Below are positions 49,162-59,590 of a stretch of DNA of 60,152 nucleotides, piece by piece. The stretch comes from a virus. Its lineage: Duplodnaviria; Heunggongvirae; Uroviricota; Caudoviricetes. Made by a program: the position numbers and the translations under genes. The notes under the pieces are model-generated. The model worked only from the letters and a program-made list of their open reading frames with translations, was not told where the DNA came from and did not search any database. The number at the start of each line of letters is the position of its first letter. The stretch's first letter is position 1. Location: the IMG/VR virus record IMGVR_UViG_3300034355_001008. One strand, 5' to 3'.

Positions 49162-49293
49162 TTACTTATTCATCAATTCACGGATTGATTCATACACTTC
49201 AGTTACACTTAATCCGAAATAAACCGCGATTTTGTCTAAAGTCCAACCGCTTAGGAACAATTCATACATATCTTGTTGTAATTTTTTCTTCAT
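49162..49293 (-). CDS. 43-aa HTH-like protein (paralogue 2)
   Basis: MKKKLQQDMYELFLSGWTLDKIAVYFGLSVTEVYESIRELMNK; 58 nt identical to paralogue 1. Confidence 0.65.
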   Translation of the reverse strand: MKKKLQQDMYELFLSGWTLDKIAVYFGLSVTEVYESIRELMNK

Positions 49294-49360
49294 TTCATCT
49301 CTCCGTTTCATTAAGTATGATTCATTATACCTTATTGTTCCGAACAAAGCAAGCACTTTA

Positions 49361-50685
49361 TTATGCTAACACAACACTTTCATCAATCATATCTACGATA
49401 GATAGGTTCGCGCCCACCCACATATCAATATCAGCGTCAATGGTTTTGTTATAACCACCAATGTATTTGAATTCATGGTTAACATTAACAGTGGCATAAT
49501 ATGGATCGCAAGGCACATTAGCCACGAACTGGATTAAGCCCATTGCTTCGGCTTTGGCGATTAGGTTTTCAGCTTTCATTTCGTTCCCCTTTATTAAGTA
49601 TGATTCATTATACCGCATTGTTCCGAGGAAAGCAAGCACTTTTTTACCAAGGCAAAGACCAGCTGGTATCACCTACCACATAAAAACTACTTGGATCGTA
49701 CATATTTGATTCCGACATTTCATTACCTACAGCATCACGACCATAGGCAACCTGATAAGCACCCATTGAGTCGTCGTATTTGTCCTCTACGCGATCGATA
49801 ACAACCATTGGTCCAATGGTAGACTCACCGATTGAACCGATGCTTTGGTCATCGATTACAAACTGAGTTTTGGTAACAAAAGTGAGTTTGAAGCCAGCAT
49901 TGATAAAACGTTTGGCATCAGATGCTTTGCGGTAGACTTTGTTGATGTCTACTGAGTTAACCACAGGATATACACGAGCAAGCGCCAGCTCCTCTGGGGT
50001 TGCGATTGCCGCGAAAGCAGCAGAAGGAATGAAAGTATAGATAGTTTGAGTTTGGAATTTAGACATTTTTTTCTCTCCGGTTTTTATTAAGTATGAGTTA
50101 TTATAATCGATTCGTGGGAATTAAGCAAGCACTTTTTTATTTTTATTTCCCACTAATTTTTGAATTGCTCTGAGGTTTTTGAGCAGGTAGGCGTTTCTTT
50201 GGATTTTAGCTTGGTTAGACATTTTTCTCTCCTTTCATTAAGTATGATTCATTATACTAAATCGGGAGAGAAAACGCAAGCACTTTCGGAATTTATTTTT
50301 AAATTTATTTCGGAGGATACAACGGGGAATTTATTCAGCGGTTTGCGTGATGACTCGGTTAACCTGTTTAGAGGACACCGTTTCGTATACGATACCACCT
50401 GTGCCTTTTAACATCAACATAACTTCATTGCCTTCCTTCCACCGCTCCAGGATCAAACGCGGAGCGGTTTTGCCGGCAAGTACAACTCTGTTACCAACGC
50501 GCAATTCATTTACATCAATCATGTTTATCTCCTTTATCATCAGGGTGTTTTGGCCAACCACGACCACGTTCTTCTTTCATACGGACCATTTGAGCCACTG
50601 TATCAGGGTGGTGCAGTAATTTTTCAAACTCAACCATGGGATCGTACATTTCACCAGTAACACGGTCTTGAACTAAGTTAATCAT
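49361..50685 (-). CDS. Small early ORFs (49361-49580, 49644-50066, 50331-50522, 50515-50685)
   Basis: Cassette promoters and GGAG RBS; track starts that extend into promoters were trimmed. Confidence 0.55.
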
Positions 50686-50759
50686 TTCTCTCTCCTTATT
50701 AAGTATGATTCATTATAACCTATAGGAGAGAGATTGTCAAGCATTTTCCGAAATATATT

Positions 50760-51434
50760 TTATGCGAATACAACAAAGCCTGATTTATCCTTTTTCGCAG
50801 GTCCTTTGGCTTTCAAACCTACCACAACTCCGCGAGGATCGTTAATGCGGATATCAGTATCGTCCCCAGACACCACTGGAAGACCAAGGTAAGTCTCTGG
50901 CAACTTATCGAATACAACTGCCACGTTCAAACCATTACGGATCGCTGCGGACACGTCACGATCGTTTGATTCCTTTCTTGAGAAAGTTAGGTGATAGTTC
51001 TCGGGCACAGTACGACCAGCGATAGCAGTATAATCATAGAATTGAACATCAGGAAACATTTCAAATAGGTTACGATAGTCGCCTATGCGAATTTTCTCCC
51101 AGGCGATATCGCTGGTACCATTAAGCCGTACAAGTAATTTTAAACCATTTTTAATGGCTGACTTCTTAGCAGATTTTATCTCTTTAGCTAACTGAGCCAT
51201 GAAGTTGGTTCTATCCTGAAAGAATAGTTTGGTACGGTTGATTCGCGCTTGTTGAGTGGTCGAGTAAGCACCCATGCCAGCTTTGTTAAGGCATGCCGCA
51301 GCACAGCCAGCAGATGCTTTGGGGCAGGTTTGAAAGCCTGAGATTAGGCTTGGGGCAAGGTGCAGGATATAGGTTTTGTAACCATATTTTTCACCTTTCA
51401 TGGTTTTGGTATTAGCAGTAGATAATAAAGCCAT
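50760..51434 (-). CDS. GP88-family phage protein
   Basis: CPKASAGCAAACL, RLNGTSD, FYDYT, YHLTFS, GLKAKG. Confidence 0.75.
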   Translation of the reverse strand: MALLSTANTKTMKGEKYGYKTYILHLAPSLISGFQTCPKASAGCAAACLNKAGMGAYSTTQQARINRTKLFFQDRTNFMAQLAKEIKSAKKSAIKNGLKLLVRLNGTSDIAWEKIRIGDYRNLFEMFPDVQFYDYTAIAGRTVPENYHLTFSRKESNDRDVSAAIRNGLNVAVVFDKLPETYLGLPVVSGDDTDIRINDPRGVVVGLKAKGPAKKDKSGFVVFA

Positions 51435-51502
51435 TTTCGTCTCTCCGATTTATTAAGTATGAGTTATTATAATTGATTTGTTATAGGTTGTCAAGCACTT
51501 TT

Positions 51503-52714
51503 TTATTCACCAGACCAAATCACCGCTGTAATACCGATAACAAAAAATCCGAGTATAGTTGCGGCGATTGTAATTTGAGCTTTATTGCTCAAAGGTTCAC
51601 CGACATTTGCTTGAGCGGTTTGGTGGCTAGAAACATGGGCTGGAATATGACTAGCAACGGTTGCATGAGCGATACCAGCAGAACCTTTTGCTTCAGCCAC
51701 GCCAGCGATTACAGTTAACATCAAAGCAATCATTAATTTTTTCATTTTCATCTCCGGTTTCAATTAAGTATGATTCATTATACTTTATTGTTCCGAAAGT
51801 GTCAAGCACTTTTTAATGAATATTCAGCAATTTTATCATCAATTTGTTTGTACGCCTGGAGTAAAATGTATTCAATTTCTTCAATCATTTCTTGTTGGTT
51901 TGGTTCATCCCATATCACAGGCAAACAATCAACGCAACCCAGAACAGTTGAATTCATACGTTTCATACGATCGATTAAATAATCTCTTTGCATATTATTC
52001 CCCTTCTACCACAACGCCATAGTCGCCTTCGTCTTCAGTTTTCCATGAGGTACCATTATATCTCACGAATTTATCACCACACTCTGCGGCGAACTCACAT
52101 GCCTCATACGCAGTTTCAAATACAAATTCTTGATTTTTCATTTTTATCTCCGGTTTCAATTAAGTATGAGTTATTATAATTGATTGGTGCGAATTAATCA
52201 AGCACTTTTTTTAACAACAGGAACTGTCATCCAACCCATAGGTTTTCCGCTGAACGTTTCGCCTACAAATATTTGTCCTACTCTTAAACCGTCTGAATCT
52301 AGCAATTCCCAGCAAGGACCAGCTTTGCGTAATCTTAGAACCAATTCGTGGTTTTCGCCAGCAGCCATCCATTTGTCTAGATTTGTAAATTGTTTTAATT
52401 TATACATTTTCATCTCTCCGGTTTGTTTCTTTTTTATTAAGTATGATTCATTATACTTTATTGTTCCGAAAGTGTCAAGCACTTTCTAATTGTTTTTCTA
52501 ATTTTTTTCTAGCAGCTTTGGTGATAGTTGAATACCACACAGGTCTTTCATAACGACCATCGTTGCTACGATACACAGAAATCAAGTAGAAATCCTCTGT
52601 TACGAAACGAGCAGTTTCACCGTAGGATAGGTTCAAGCCTAATGGCCATTTATCGTTTAAGTCTTCAGCATCAAGAGCCGCATGTAAAGTTTCAAACCAA
52701 TTTTGTTTAGACAT
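51503..52714 (-). CDS. Small early ORFs (51503-51745, 51802-51993, 52198-52408, 52475-52714)
   Basis: Cassette-driven; three end in the TGA of the next promoter. Confidence 0.55.
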
Positions 52715-52793
52715 TTTCTTCTCTCCTTATTAAGTATGATTCATTATACCGTATCGGGAGAGAGAAAGCAAGCACTTTATCAGAAAAAAAGAT

Positions 52794-52826
52794 AAAAAAA
52801 AACCCCAACCATTTCTAGTTGGGGTT
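52794..52826 (-). terminator. Intrinsic terminator of tRNA/hairpin transcript
   Basis: AACCCCAAC/GTTGGGGTT 9-bp stem followed by long T-run. Confidence 0.85.
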
Positions 52827-52829
52827 CAG

Positions 52830-52982
52830 AATACCTTCCGGAGAGAAGTGTATTAGGGTGGTAGGTAACCAAGGGAGAGAGTCTCAGTTACCTACCAATT
52901 GTCCGGAGAGACAATGTTAAAGGAGTAAGCGATTAAACCGGAGAGAGGTGATTTAATCGCTTACAAGACACCGGAGAGCGTC
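52830..52982 (-). ncRNA. Five-hairpin RNA with UCUC(U)CC(G) loops
   Basis: Hairpins 52830-54, 52859-97, 52898-915, 52925-64, 52967-82; G-U pairs favour minus strand. Confidence 0.75.
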
Positions 52983-52992
52983 AATTAATTGT

Positions 52993-53067
52993 TGGACTCA
53001 ATGACCGGATTTGAACCGACACCTCAAGGTTTTGCAGACCTGTGCACTACCATTATACGACATTGAG
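52993..53067 (-). tRNA. tRNA-Cys(GCA)
   Basis: Loop CTGCAAA, GGTTCAAATCC, U73, CCA; several G-U pairs. Confidence 0.82.
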
Positions 53068-53075
53068 TTAATATT

Positions 53076-53159
53076 TGGTGGAGATCCTAGGATTCGAACC
53101 TAGTGCCCAGAGGGCAAGGATTTACAGTCCTCTGCAGTCGCCAATGCCGCTCGACCTCC
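53076..53159 (-). tRNA. tRNA-Tyr(GTA)
   Basis: Loop CTGTAAA, long variable arm, GGTTCGAATCC, ACCA. Confidence 0.92.
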
Positions 53160-53177
53160 AAATTTTTAATATAACTT

Positions 53178-53210
53178 ATTATAATCTATTGAACATAATA
53201 AGTCAAGCAC
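53178..53210 (-). promoter_or_regulatory. Early promoter of tRNA operon
   Basis: GTGCTTGACT-N17-TATAAT. Confidence 0.85.
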
Positions 53211-53216
53211 TAGATT

Positions 53217-53330
53217 AGCACTTTGTTAAAATATATATTCCGCTATCTCTTATACAGCCGTTTCGAACCGACTTTGTACAGGTGTAGCCTATAGGGTGCA
53301 CGCCCAGAATATATATTTTAACAAAGTGCT
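53217..53330. repeat. Perfect 24-bp inverted repeat around a 66-bp core
   Basis: AGCACTTTGTTAAAATATATATTC (53217-53240) / GAATATATATTTTAACAAAGTGCT (53307-53330). Confidence 0.9.
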
Positions 53331-53358
53331 CACATTAAAGCAAGCACTTTTATATAGG

Positions 53359-53754
53359 TTAGAACGAAATAGAACGCGCGATGCTTAATCGATAATCGCA
53401 ACCATCATCACCTTCTTCATATTCTTCCTGAAGATCTTCTACTTCCTCACCGATACGTACACGCTCGGCTGCTAAGCCTAATTCCGTTGCTTTGTCGAAT
53501 ACACCGTTGAATAAATCAACAACGGGATAACCATCATACCATTTAACGTGACTAGCATAGAAGAAAAACTCACCAGTTTCATCATCCCAGATATTTCGGA
53601 CACTATCATTAACACTAGCATCAACCAAATACTGTAAATTATCAAGCGCCATGGCGCTAAAATTAGCAACTTCAGCATCGTAGTAGGTTTTCAACTCAAC
53701 CAATTTTTCTTTGTCGCCATAAGCAGTAATTGCAACATCAGATCTGTAACCCAT
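53359..53754 (-). CDS. Conserved acidic phage protein
   Basis: MGYRSDV...VKWYDGY...RIGEE.ED. Confidence 0.7.
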   Translation of the reverse strand: MGYRSDVAITAYGDKEKLVELKTYYDAEVANFSAMALDNLQYLVDASVNDSVRNIWDDETGEFFFYASHVKWYDGYPVVDLFNGVFDKATELGLAAERVRIGEEVEDLQEEYEEGDDGCDYRLSIARSISF

Positions 53755-53819
53755 TTTTATCTCTCCAGTAATTTAGTATGATTCATTATAACTTATTGTT
53801 AATTATTTGTCAAGCACTT

Positions 53820-55364
53820 TTAATTCTTTTTGTAATAAAGTTTTTAACCAAGAACGAACGCTGGATCCATCTTCTTTAGTGTATTTTGAGTTATTAAAAT
53901 GGAAATCATTTTTTCTGCGATATAATGCTTTTTTCATTTCTATCTCCGGTTTATTAAGTATGATTCATTATAACTTATTAACAACATTTAGTCAAGCACT
54001 TTATTTTTGTGTTATCAAACATTGTACAATTTCATTTACATTAAAACCGTTCATGCTTGCTTCTAGGATAACAGCGAATTTGGCGCCACGCGCATTTTTA
54101 GCATTAACATAGGAGGTGAATAACGGCTCACCACGGAATTGAATCATCACTTCGTATTTGTTCATCATGCACCTAACCACCAACCAGCAAACACCACGCT
54201 CATACCCAAACCCAACACAACAATTTGTAACCATTCAACCAATTTCATTTCATCTCTCCGTTTCAGTCACTTCATTTAATTATGATTCATTATAACTTAA
54301 TACAACTCAATTGTCAAACACTTTTTCCATTAATTTTAACATATCTTGATATTCATTTTCAATTTCCGGATCGTCGCGGAAAGTATATCCATGCTCTGCG
54401 GTATAACGCAAAGCAGAGAGGATTAGGTCTAACTCTTCACCGGTGAATTCCATAATCTTACCCCAATTGTTCAGAGAGCCAAGCGAGGATTTGTGCTTCA
54501 GTTGGAGCGTTTTCTTCACCCTCAACAAAATCCATAAAATCATTTTCGTACCAACGCTCAAAGCTACCGGACATTAACATGCTTAACACTTTTACAGCTA
54601 CTTCTTCATTCATTTTCATCTCTCCTTATTAATTATGATTCATTATACCTTAACTGTTAGAACAAAGCAAGCACTTTATTTAGCTGTGTTAAGAATAATA
54701 TCTAACAACCATACCATAGGAAGTCCTAAGCAAAACCCTGCTACCATAGACTCAAACAACACACCAACACATTCTTTATAAGTCATCACCGTCTCCTAAT
54801 AAGAAAAACTTGCCATACCAAAAAATACCATAGCCACAAAGGGTGACGCGCATAGGACGGTGTAAGTAACCAACTCCGCGAATAATTCTAAATCTTTCAT
54901 TTCTCTCTCCGTTTTATTAAGTATAACCTATTATACTCGAGTGGCTGACCCAAGTCAAGCACTTCGTTGCATTATTTTCAAATAATACTAAAGCAACCAT
55001 TCCAGCTGGTATAATTGCCTGATATCGCTAACATCACCCACTGATCGTACTCGCTCACTTGACGCAATACACAAATTGTTCCTTTTGGTAAATTATAAAC
55101 ATTCATTTTTCATCTCCGTTTGGGAGGGGGATTTACTCCCCCTTATTAAGTATGATTCATTATACCTTAGTGCTTACATTAAAGCAAGCACTTTTTTAAA
55201 TTTATTCTTCTAATTTGATTACAAGTTAAAGTGCGAACTAAATCTAAAAGTATTTCGTATTCTTCGGAAACTCCTTTAGAATCATTAACTTGCTCAATAA
55301 TTGCTAACGCGTCTTCAAGTTTAGCAATTGCAGATTTAATACGGTTTTCGTCATAGTTTGTCAT
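53820..55364 (-). CDS. Small early ORFs (including 54001-54168 and 55179-55364)
   Basis: Each behind a cassette promoter/RBS. Confidence 0.5.
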
Positions 55365-55531
55365 TTTTCTCTCCGTTTCATTAAGTATGATTCATTATAC
55401 CTTAGTCGGAACATTAAAGCAAGCACTTTTAGAAATAAATTTAAATTATTTTTTCGAACAAAGTGCTTGACTTCTTCGGAAAAAAAGAGTAAGCTGGTAT
55501 CAGTTTTATTACTTTGAAATGTTACAGTTTG

Positions 55532-55676
55532 TATGTTATTGATTTACAAAGAGTTAAATGCTAACAATTTTTAAGTGGTTATCGCGCCACAAATTGCTAA
55601 GTTATTGATTTATAAAGAGTTTGTAAGTCATTGATTTATGAGGTTTGGAGAGAGTTACCTACAAATCAATGACTTA
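55532..55676. promoter_or_regulatory. Cluster of four IHF-consensus-like sites
   Basis: WATCAANNNNTTR matches at 55598, 55624, 55664 (inverted); near match at 55532. Confidence 0.65.
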
Positions 55677-55904
55677 GACTCTATTTAAATATAGCGATTA
55701 CAAATAGCGATTTAATTGCTGTAATCAGCCATCTCGTCGTCGGTGATATATTCAATTTCAACATGGGATAAGGCTTTGTTGGCTAAATCCTCAGCGACAG
55801 GCTCGATATAACTCCAGGCGATAGAATTTTCCCATATCATCTCACCGTCACAATAGAGCTGAACCCAATTATCGGACTCCAGAGAGTTGGTAACGAATAC
55901 ATAT

Positions 55905-56123
55905 TTAAGCATTAGACGCTCCAGAATTATCACCTTGGAAATACAATGAAGAGATGTTAAATTTAGGTGCATCGCCACCGCCAGTATTAGCAGACTTCAT
56001 GCGACCAGAGCAAGTCACGCGAACTTTGACTTTTTTAGGGGGAATTACATTAATTTTACCACCATTCATTAGGAACAATTCAGTGGCAGCTTGGATTTGC
56101 GCGTTTTTTTCAGATTTAGTCAT
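55905..56123 (-). CDS. Hypothetical early protein
   Basis: CCGGAG RBS, cassette promoter. Confidence 0.6.
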   Translation of the reverse strand: MTKSEKNAQIQAATELFLMNGGKINVIPPKKVKVRVTCSGRMKSANTGGGDAPKFNISSLYFQGDNSGASNA

Positions 56124-56380
56124 TTTATATCTCCGGTTTCATTCACTTCGTTTAATTATGATTCATTATACCTTAACTGTTATAACAAAGCAAGCACTTT
56201 TATATTGTATTACCGAAAAATAATTTATTTTCCATAGAGGAAAAATAGATAGTTTCTCCGTTCCGTTCGTCAACATCTTTTAAATCTAAATATTCCCAGC
56301 AACCATCGACTACAACTTCAACCACAGCATCAGAAGGTAGGCGTTGTAGATAAACCATTAAATCACCAACAGTAACCATT

Positions 56381-56833
56381 TTATTCTCCTTCTAACTCAT
56401 CGTCATAATCGTCGTACTCATCGTCCTCTGAGTCTTCGTATGCGGTATCAATTACAACGTCACCGAAATCGAACAAACCAGCATGGGCGATAATGTTAAA
56501 CGCATTATCAAAGGTATGAACCGCACCGGAATCGATATTTTCTAAATCAGTAGGCGCGATATCTTTAACAGCGATGATACCAATCGTTCCTGAGTCAACG
56601 GGATAATAATTTTCCTTGTTATCATTATAAGTTCCGTCGCCATATGCAGTAGAGGCAAGGAATACTCTACGACCATCGGTAAGGCTTAAATCACCCTCAA
56701 CCATATCATTACCTGGAGCGGCGAACATAAGGTCGCAGAGCTCACCCCATTCAGCATGCATTACATAGCAGAGGTCACCGATGTAATATTCGCCAGCAGG
56801 AAATTGGGCGGTGTATTCAGTATTTCTAGACAT
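56381..56833 (-). CDS. Conserved phage protein
   Basis: GEYYIGDLCYV, TAYGDG, VDSGTIG; acidic tail. Confidence 0.72.
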   Translation of the reverse strand: MSRNTEYTAQFPAGEYYIGDLCYVMHAEWGELCDLMFAAPGNDMVEGDLSLTDGRRVFLASTAYGDGTYNDNKENYYPVDSGTIGIIAVKDIAPTDLENIDSGAVHTFDNAFNIIAHAGLFDFGDVVIDTAYEDSEDDEYDDYDDELEGE

Positions 56834-56910
56834 TTTTCTCTCCGTTTCATTCACTTCGTTTTAAGTATGATTCATTATACCTTATCTGTTATAGATAAGC
56901 AAGCACTTTT

Positions 56911-57977
56911 TTAATCAGCACGAGAATAATATTCAGGCGAATAACCGTTTGACGCGCTGTTATTTTTGGCGTTGTTTAGATTAGTGATTAACGACGCCAA
57001 GGTTTTTGGGTTACGATTAATTTTCTTTCTACCTTTCTCATGTCCCCATGAGGCGCCACAATCCAGTGTGTATTTGAAGATTCGGTTTAACTCGGGCAAC
57101 GTTCCCTCAAACAACGATACGCGACCACGACGTTCACATTGGACTCTATATGTTTTCATTTTTTCTTCTCCGGTTTATTAAGTATAGGTTATTATAATTG
57201 GTTTGTTATAGGTTGTCAAGCACTTTTTTAAATAAAACCTAGACTAGAAATTAGATCACCATTAGACTTATAAGCAAAAAACACATTAACAGGCTGTTTA
57301 TCGTTACCAAAGTTTACAAAATACGCAGCAGCATATTTATCCGGATCACAGTTAATTAAGTTTATAGACTCAATTTCGTCGCACAGCCATCCTTCGGCTT
57401 TATAAATAAATGTTTCAATATCAGATTTGGTTAAATTTTTAACATCAATCATTTTTTTCTCCGGTTTCAATTAAGTATGATTCATTATACCTTAACTGTT
57501 ATCAGATGTCAATCACTTTTTCTGTAATTTCTGATAAACTTTTCAACCACTGACCGCGTTTCATGTTAAACATATTCGCGGGGACAAGCATGGTTCTATT
57601 GCCAGTTTTAGTGTCCATCCAACATCCTTCCTGACGAATAGGATCCGGACGGTTCCAATAAGCATAAATCGCTCCGTCACGGTCCGCAGCAGCATACACG
57701 CAACCTAAGCTAGAAATTACCGCTAACTCCATGCCACATACTTCAACACTTCTAAATACACTCATAAATCCCCCTATAGGACGCGTTGTGAAAGGATTTT
57801 CAATTGTCTTTGGTTTAAGTTTAAGTCCTCTAGCAGGATCCGTATGTCCGACTGAGTATAACCCAAAGCAAAGGCATGATTTTCGTAACCCAAGGACTCA
57901 GCACTGCGAGCCAAACCAATTTCCACTACACTGTCAGCATATTGGCCAGCAAGCACTTCAGCATTTAATTTAGTCAT
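56911..57977 (-). CDS. Small early ORFs (56911-57159, 57228-57451, 57502-57765, 57774-57977)
   Basis: Cassette promoters and RBS. Confidence 0.55.
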
Positions 57978-58057
57978 TTCTCTCTCCGTTTCATTAAGTA
58001 TGATTCATTATACCGTATCAGGAGAGAGAAAGCAAGCACTTTTATCGCAGATTGCTA

Positions 58058-58636
58058 TCAAAAACCTAATATTTTTTCTAAATCGGCAACCATACCTTCA
58101 ATGATTTTTGCTTCAACAAATCCATCGTGGTCGCGCATCGCATCAGCACGGTTTTTGTAGAATTCAATAAAGTCTATAAGGTTTGTTGGTTTTCCTTCTG
58201 AGGCGTTCACAGTTTCGTCCAGGTCTTGTAGGAACTCACGTAGGTCCAGGAATCCTTTTCTTTGTGAAAGGAGATACCAGTGCTGTTCTGATTCGACGTA
58301 GAGATAGTTGTATTCTTCCCACTGTCCGTTTAATCTGAACCAGATCATATCCTCAAATTTACGGAATGAGGTATCAGGCTCGCCACGGTCACGACCATAA
58401 TACACACACGTGTCTTTTTCTGGGGTATCAAAGGCATGGTGGTCATTAATTGGATCAACGCGAATACCCAAGGACGACAGGTCACCAAGGCGAATTAACC
58501 GTTTAACCTCGGCAGGCGTTTTGTAATATGTTTTAAGTATGGCGCCATTGTGGTCCAGGTACCCATCCCAGTGGCAGTAGATTTGTTCAACAGAGCCATC
58601 AGTTTTTTGTATCGCGATTGTAGATCTTGTACCCAT
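58058..58636 (-). CDS. Conserved phage protein (MGTRS...IYCHWDGY family)
   Basis: MGTRSTIA...IYCHWDGY...G..L...Y...YYGRDRGE...EEYNYLY. Confidence 0.75.
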   Translation of the reverse strand: MGTRSTIAIQKTDGSVEQIYCHWDGYLDHNGAILKTYYKTPAEVKRLIRLGDLSSLGIRVDPINDHHAFDTPEKDTCVYYGRDRGEPDTSFRKFEDMIWFRLNGQWEEYNYLYVESEQHWYLLSQRKGFLDLREFLQDLDETVNASEGKPTNLIDFIEFYKNRADAMRDHDGFVEAKIIEGMVADLEKILGF

Positions 58637-58708
58637 TTTATTTCTCCGGTTTTCAATTAAGTATGATTCATTATAATCGATTGCTAGCATTAAAGCAAGC
58701 ACTTTTTG

Positions 58709-59238
58709 TTAATATTTTATAACAATTTCGCCTAATTCAGAATCGAATTCATTAGCAGTTAACTGGATTAGCACTTCTCCGCCCAATTCAAACTCACAAG
58801 CACCATATATTTCAATTTGTTTGATTGCTTCGCGCAACGCCACTAGCAATTGTTCGGCAGGTAAGCTCACATTTTCCAAAGTCACTTCAGTCATTTTCTT
58901 CTCTCCTTATTAAGTATGATTCATTATAACGTATCTGTTATAGGAAAGCAAGCACTTTTTTAATACATTTCAAATTCCGCGTCTGTTTTTACGAAATTTA
59001 TGAAATCTTCTAAGCCTAATTTTTCTAATCCTAGAGCGACCATTTTAGCCGAGAAGTACGAATATGTCGCCGATTTATACCATCCTAACATATTTTTATG
59101 AGAAACTTCAATTCCGTTCTTATCAACAATTATAACGTATTCTTCCGTGTAAGCGATAAATGGCGCGATTTCACCCCAGCCTTCTGCGCCCATGAAACTA
59201 TAATCATATTTTTGTTCAAATTTAATTTCGTTAGACAT
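58709..59238 (-). CDS. Two small early ORFs (58709-58894, 58960-59238)
   Basis: Cassette promoters and RBS. Confidence 0.6.
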
Positions 59239-59490
59239 TTTTCTCTCTCCTTATTAAGTATGATTCATTATACCTTAACCAATAGACGTTGTCAATCACT
59301 TTTTTCGCGAAAATAAATTTATTTTTTTATTATAAAGTGCTTGCTTTGTTCGGACGATTCTATTATAATAGGTTATACTTTGAAAAACTGAAGGCTGATA
59401 AGGCTGGTCCCTCTATATAACTGGCGAGATCGTCTAGACAAAAGATGTCTAATTAAGGAAAAAAATGTCCGAAATTCGGATTTTTTCGAA

Positions 59491-59527
59491 CAAAGTGCTT
59501 GACATTTTAACGCAGATCGGGTACAAT
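59491..59527 (+). promoter_or_regulatory. Rightward early promoter
   Basis: AAAGTGCTTGACA-N17-TACAAT; a second rightward promoter lies near 59334-59370. Confidence 0.75.
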
Positions 59528-59590
59528 TGAGGTGTATGCTTGAATTCTCAGAGGGTTCGGGTCGCTGCAGCCTTTTAACTGCGCGGTCTG

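Larger units (their letters stand above)
43505..59300 (-). promoter_or_regulatory. Array of about 30 repeated early promoter/leader/RBS cassettes
   Basis: AAAGTGCTTG(A/C)(C/T)-spacer-TATAATGAATCATACTTAAT...(C)GGAGA(G)-A-rich-ATG in front of most ORFs. Confidence 0.92.

Noticed and set aside
52830-52982. CsrB/RsmZ-like GGA sponge on the + strand
   Set aside because: Disfavoured, not excluded: promoter, tRNAs, terminator T-run and G-U pairs all point to the minus strand, and most loops read CCGGA rather than ANGGA.
55125-55143. Leader stem-loop as a recurring PeSL element
   Set aside because: Seen in only one cassette.
4172-57973. Antisense shadow ORFs in the track (e.g. 4172-4354, 13966-14169, 22987-23361, 25391-25738, 31373-31720, 40724-41062, 57731-57973)
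   Set aside because: Fully overlap better-supported genes on the other strand and lack RBS or motifs.
46701-58702. Track starts such as MLAL.../MLDTF... (46967, 49356, 49672, 52482, 58702)
   Set aside because: They translate the promoter motif itself; real starts follow the GGAGA RBS downstream.
43505-59300. Repeated ~45-bp motif as a CRISPR array
   Set aside because: Repeats are -35/-10 promoters; intervening DNA is variable-length ORFs with RBS; no cas genes.
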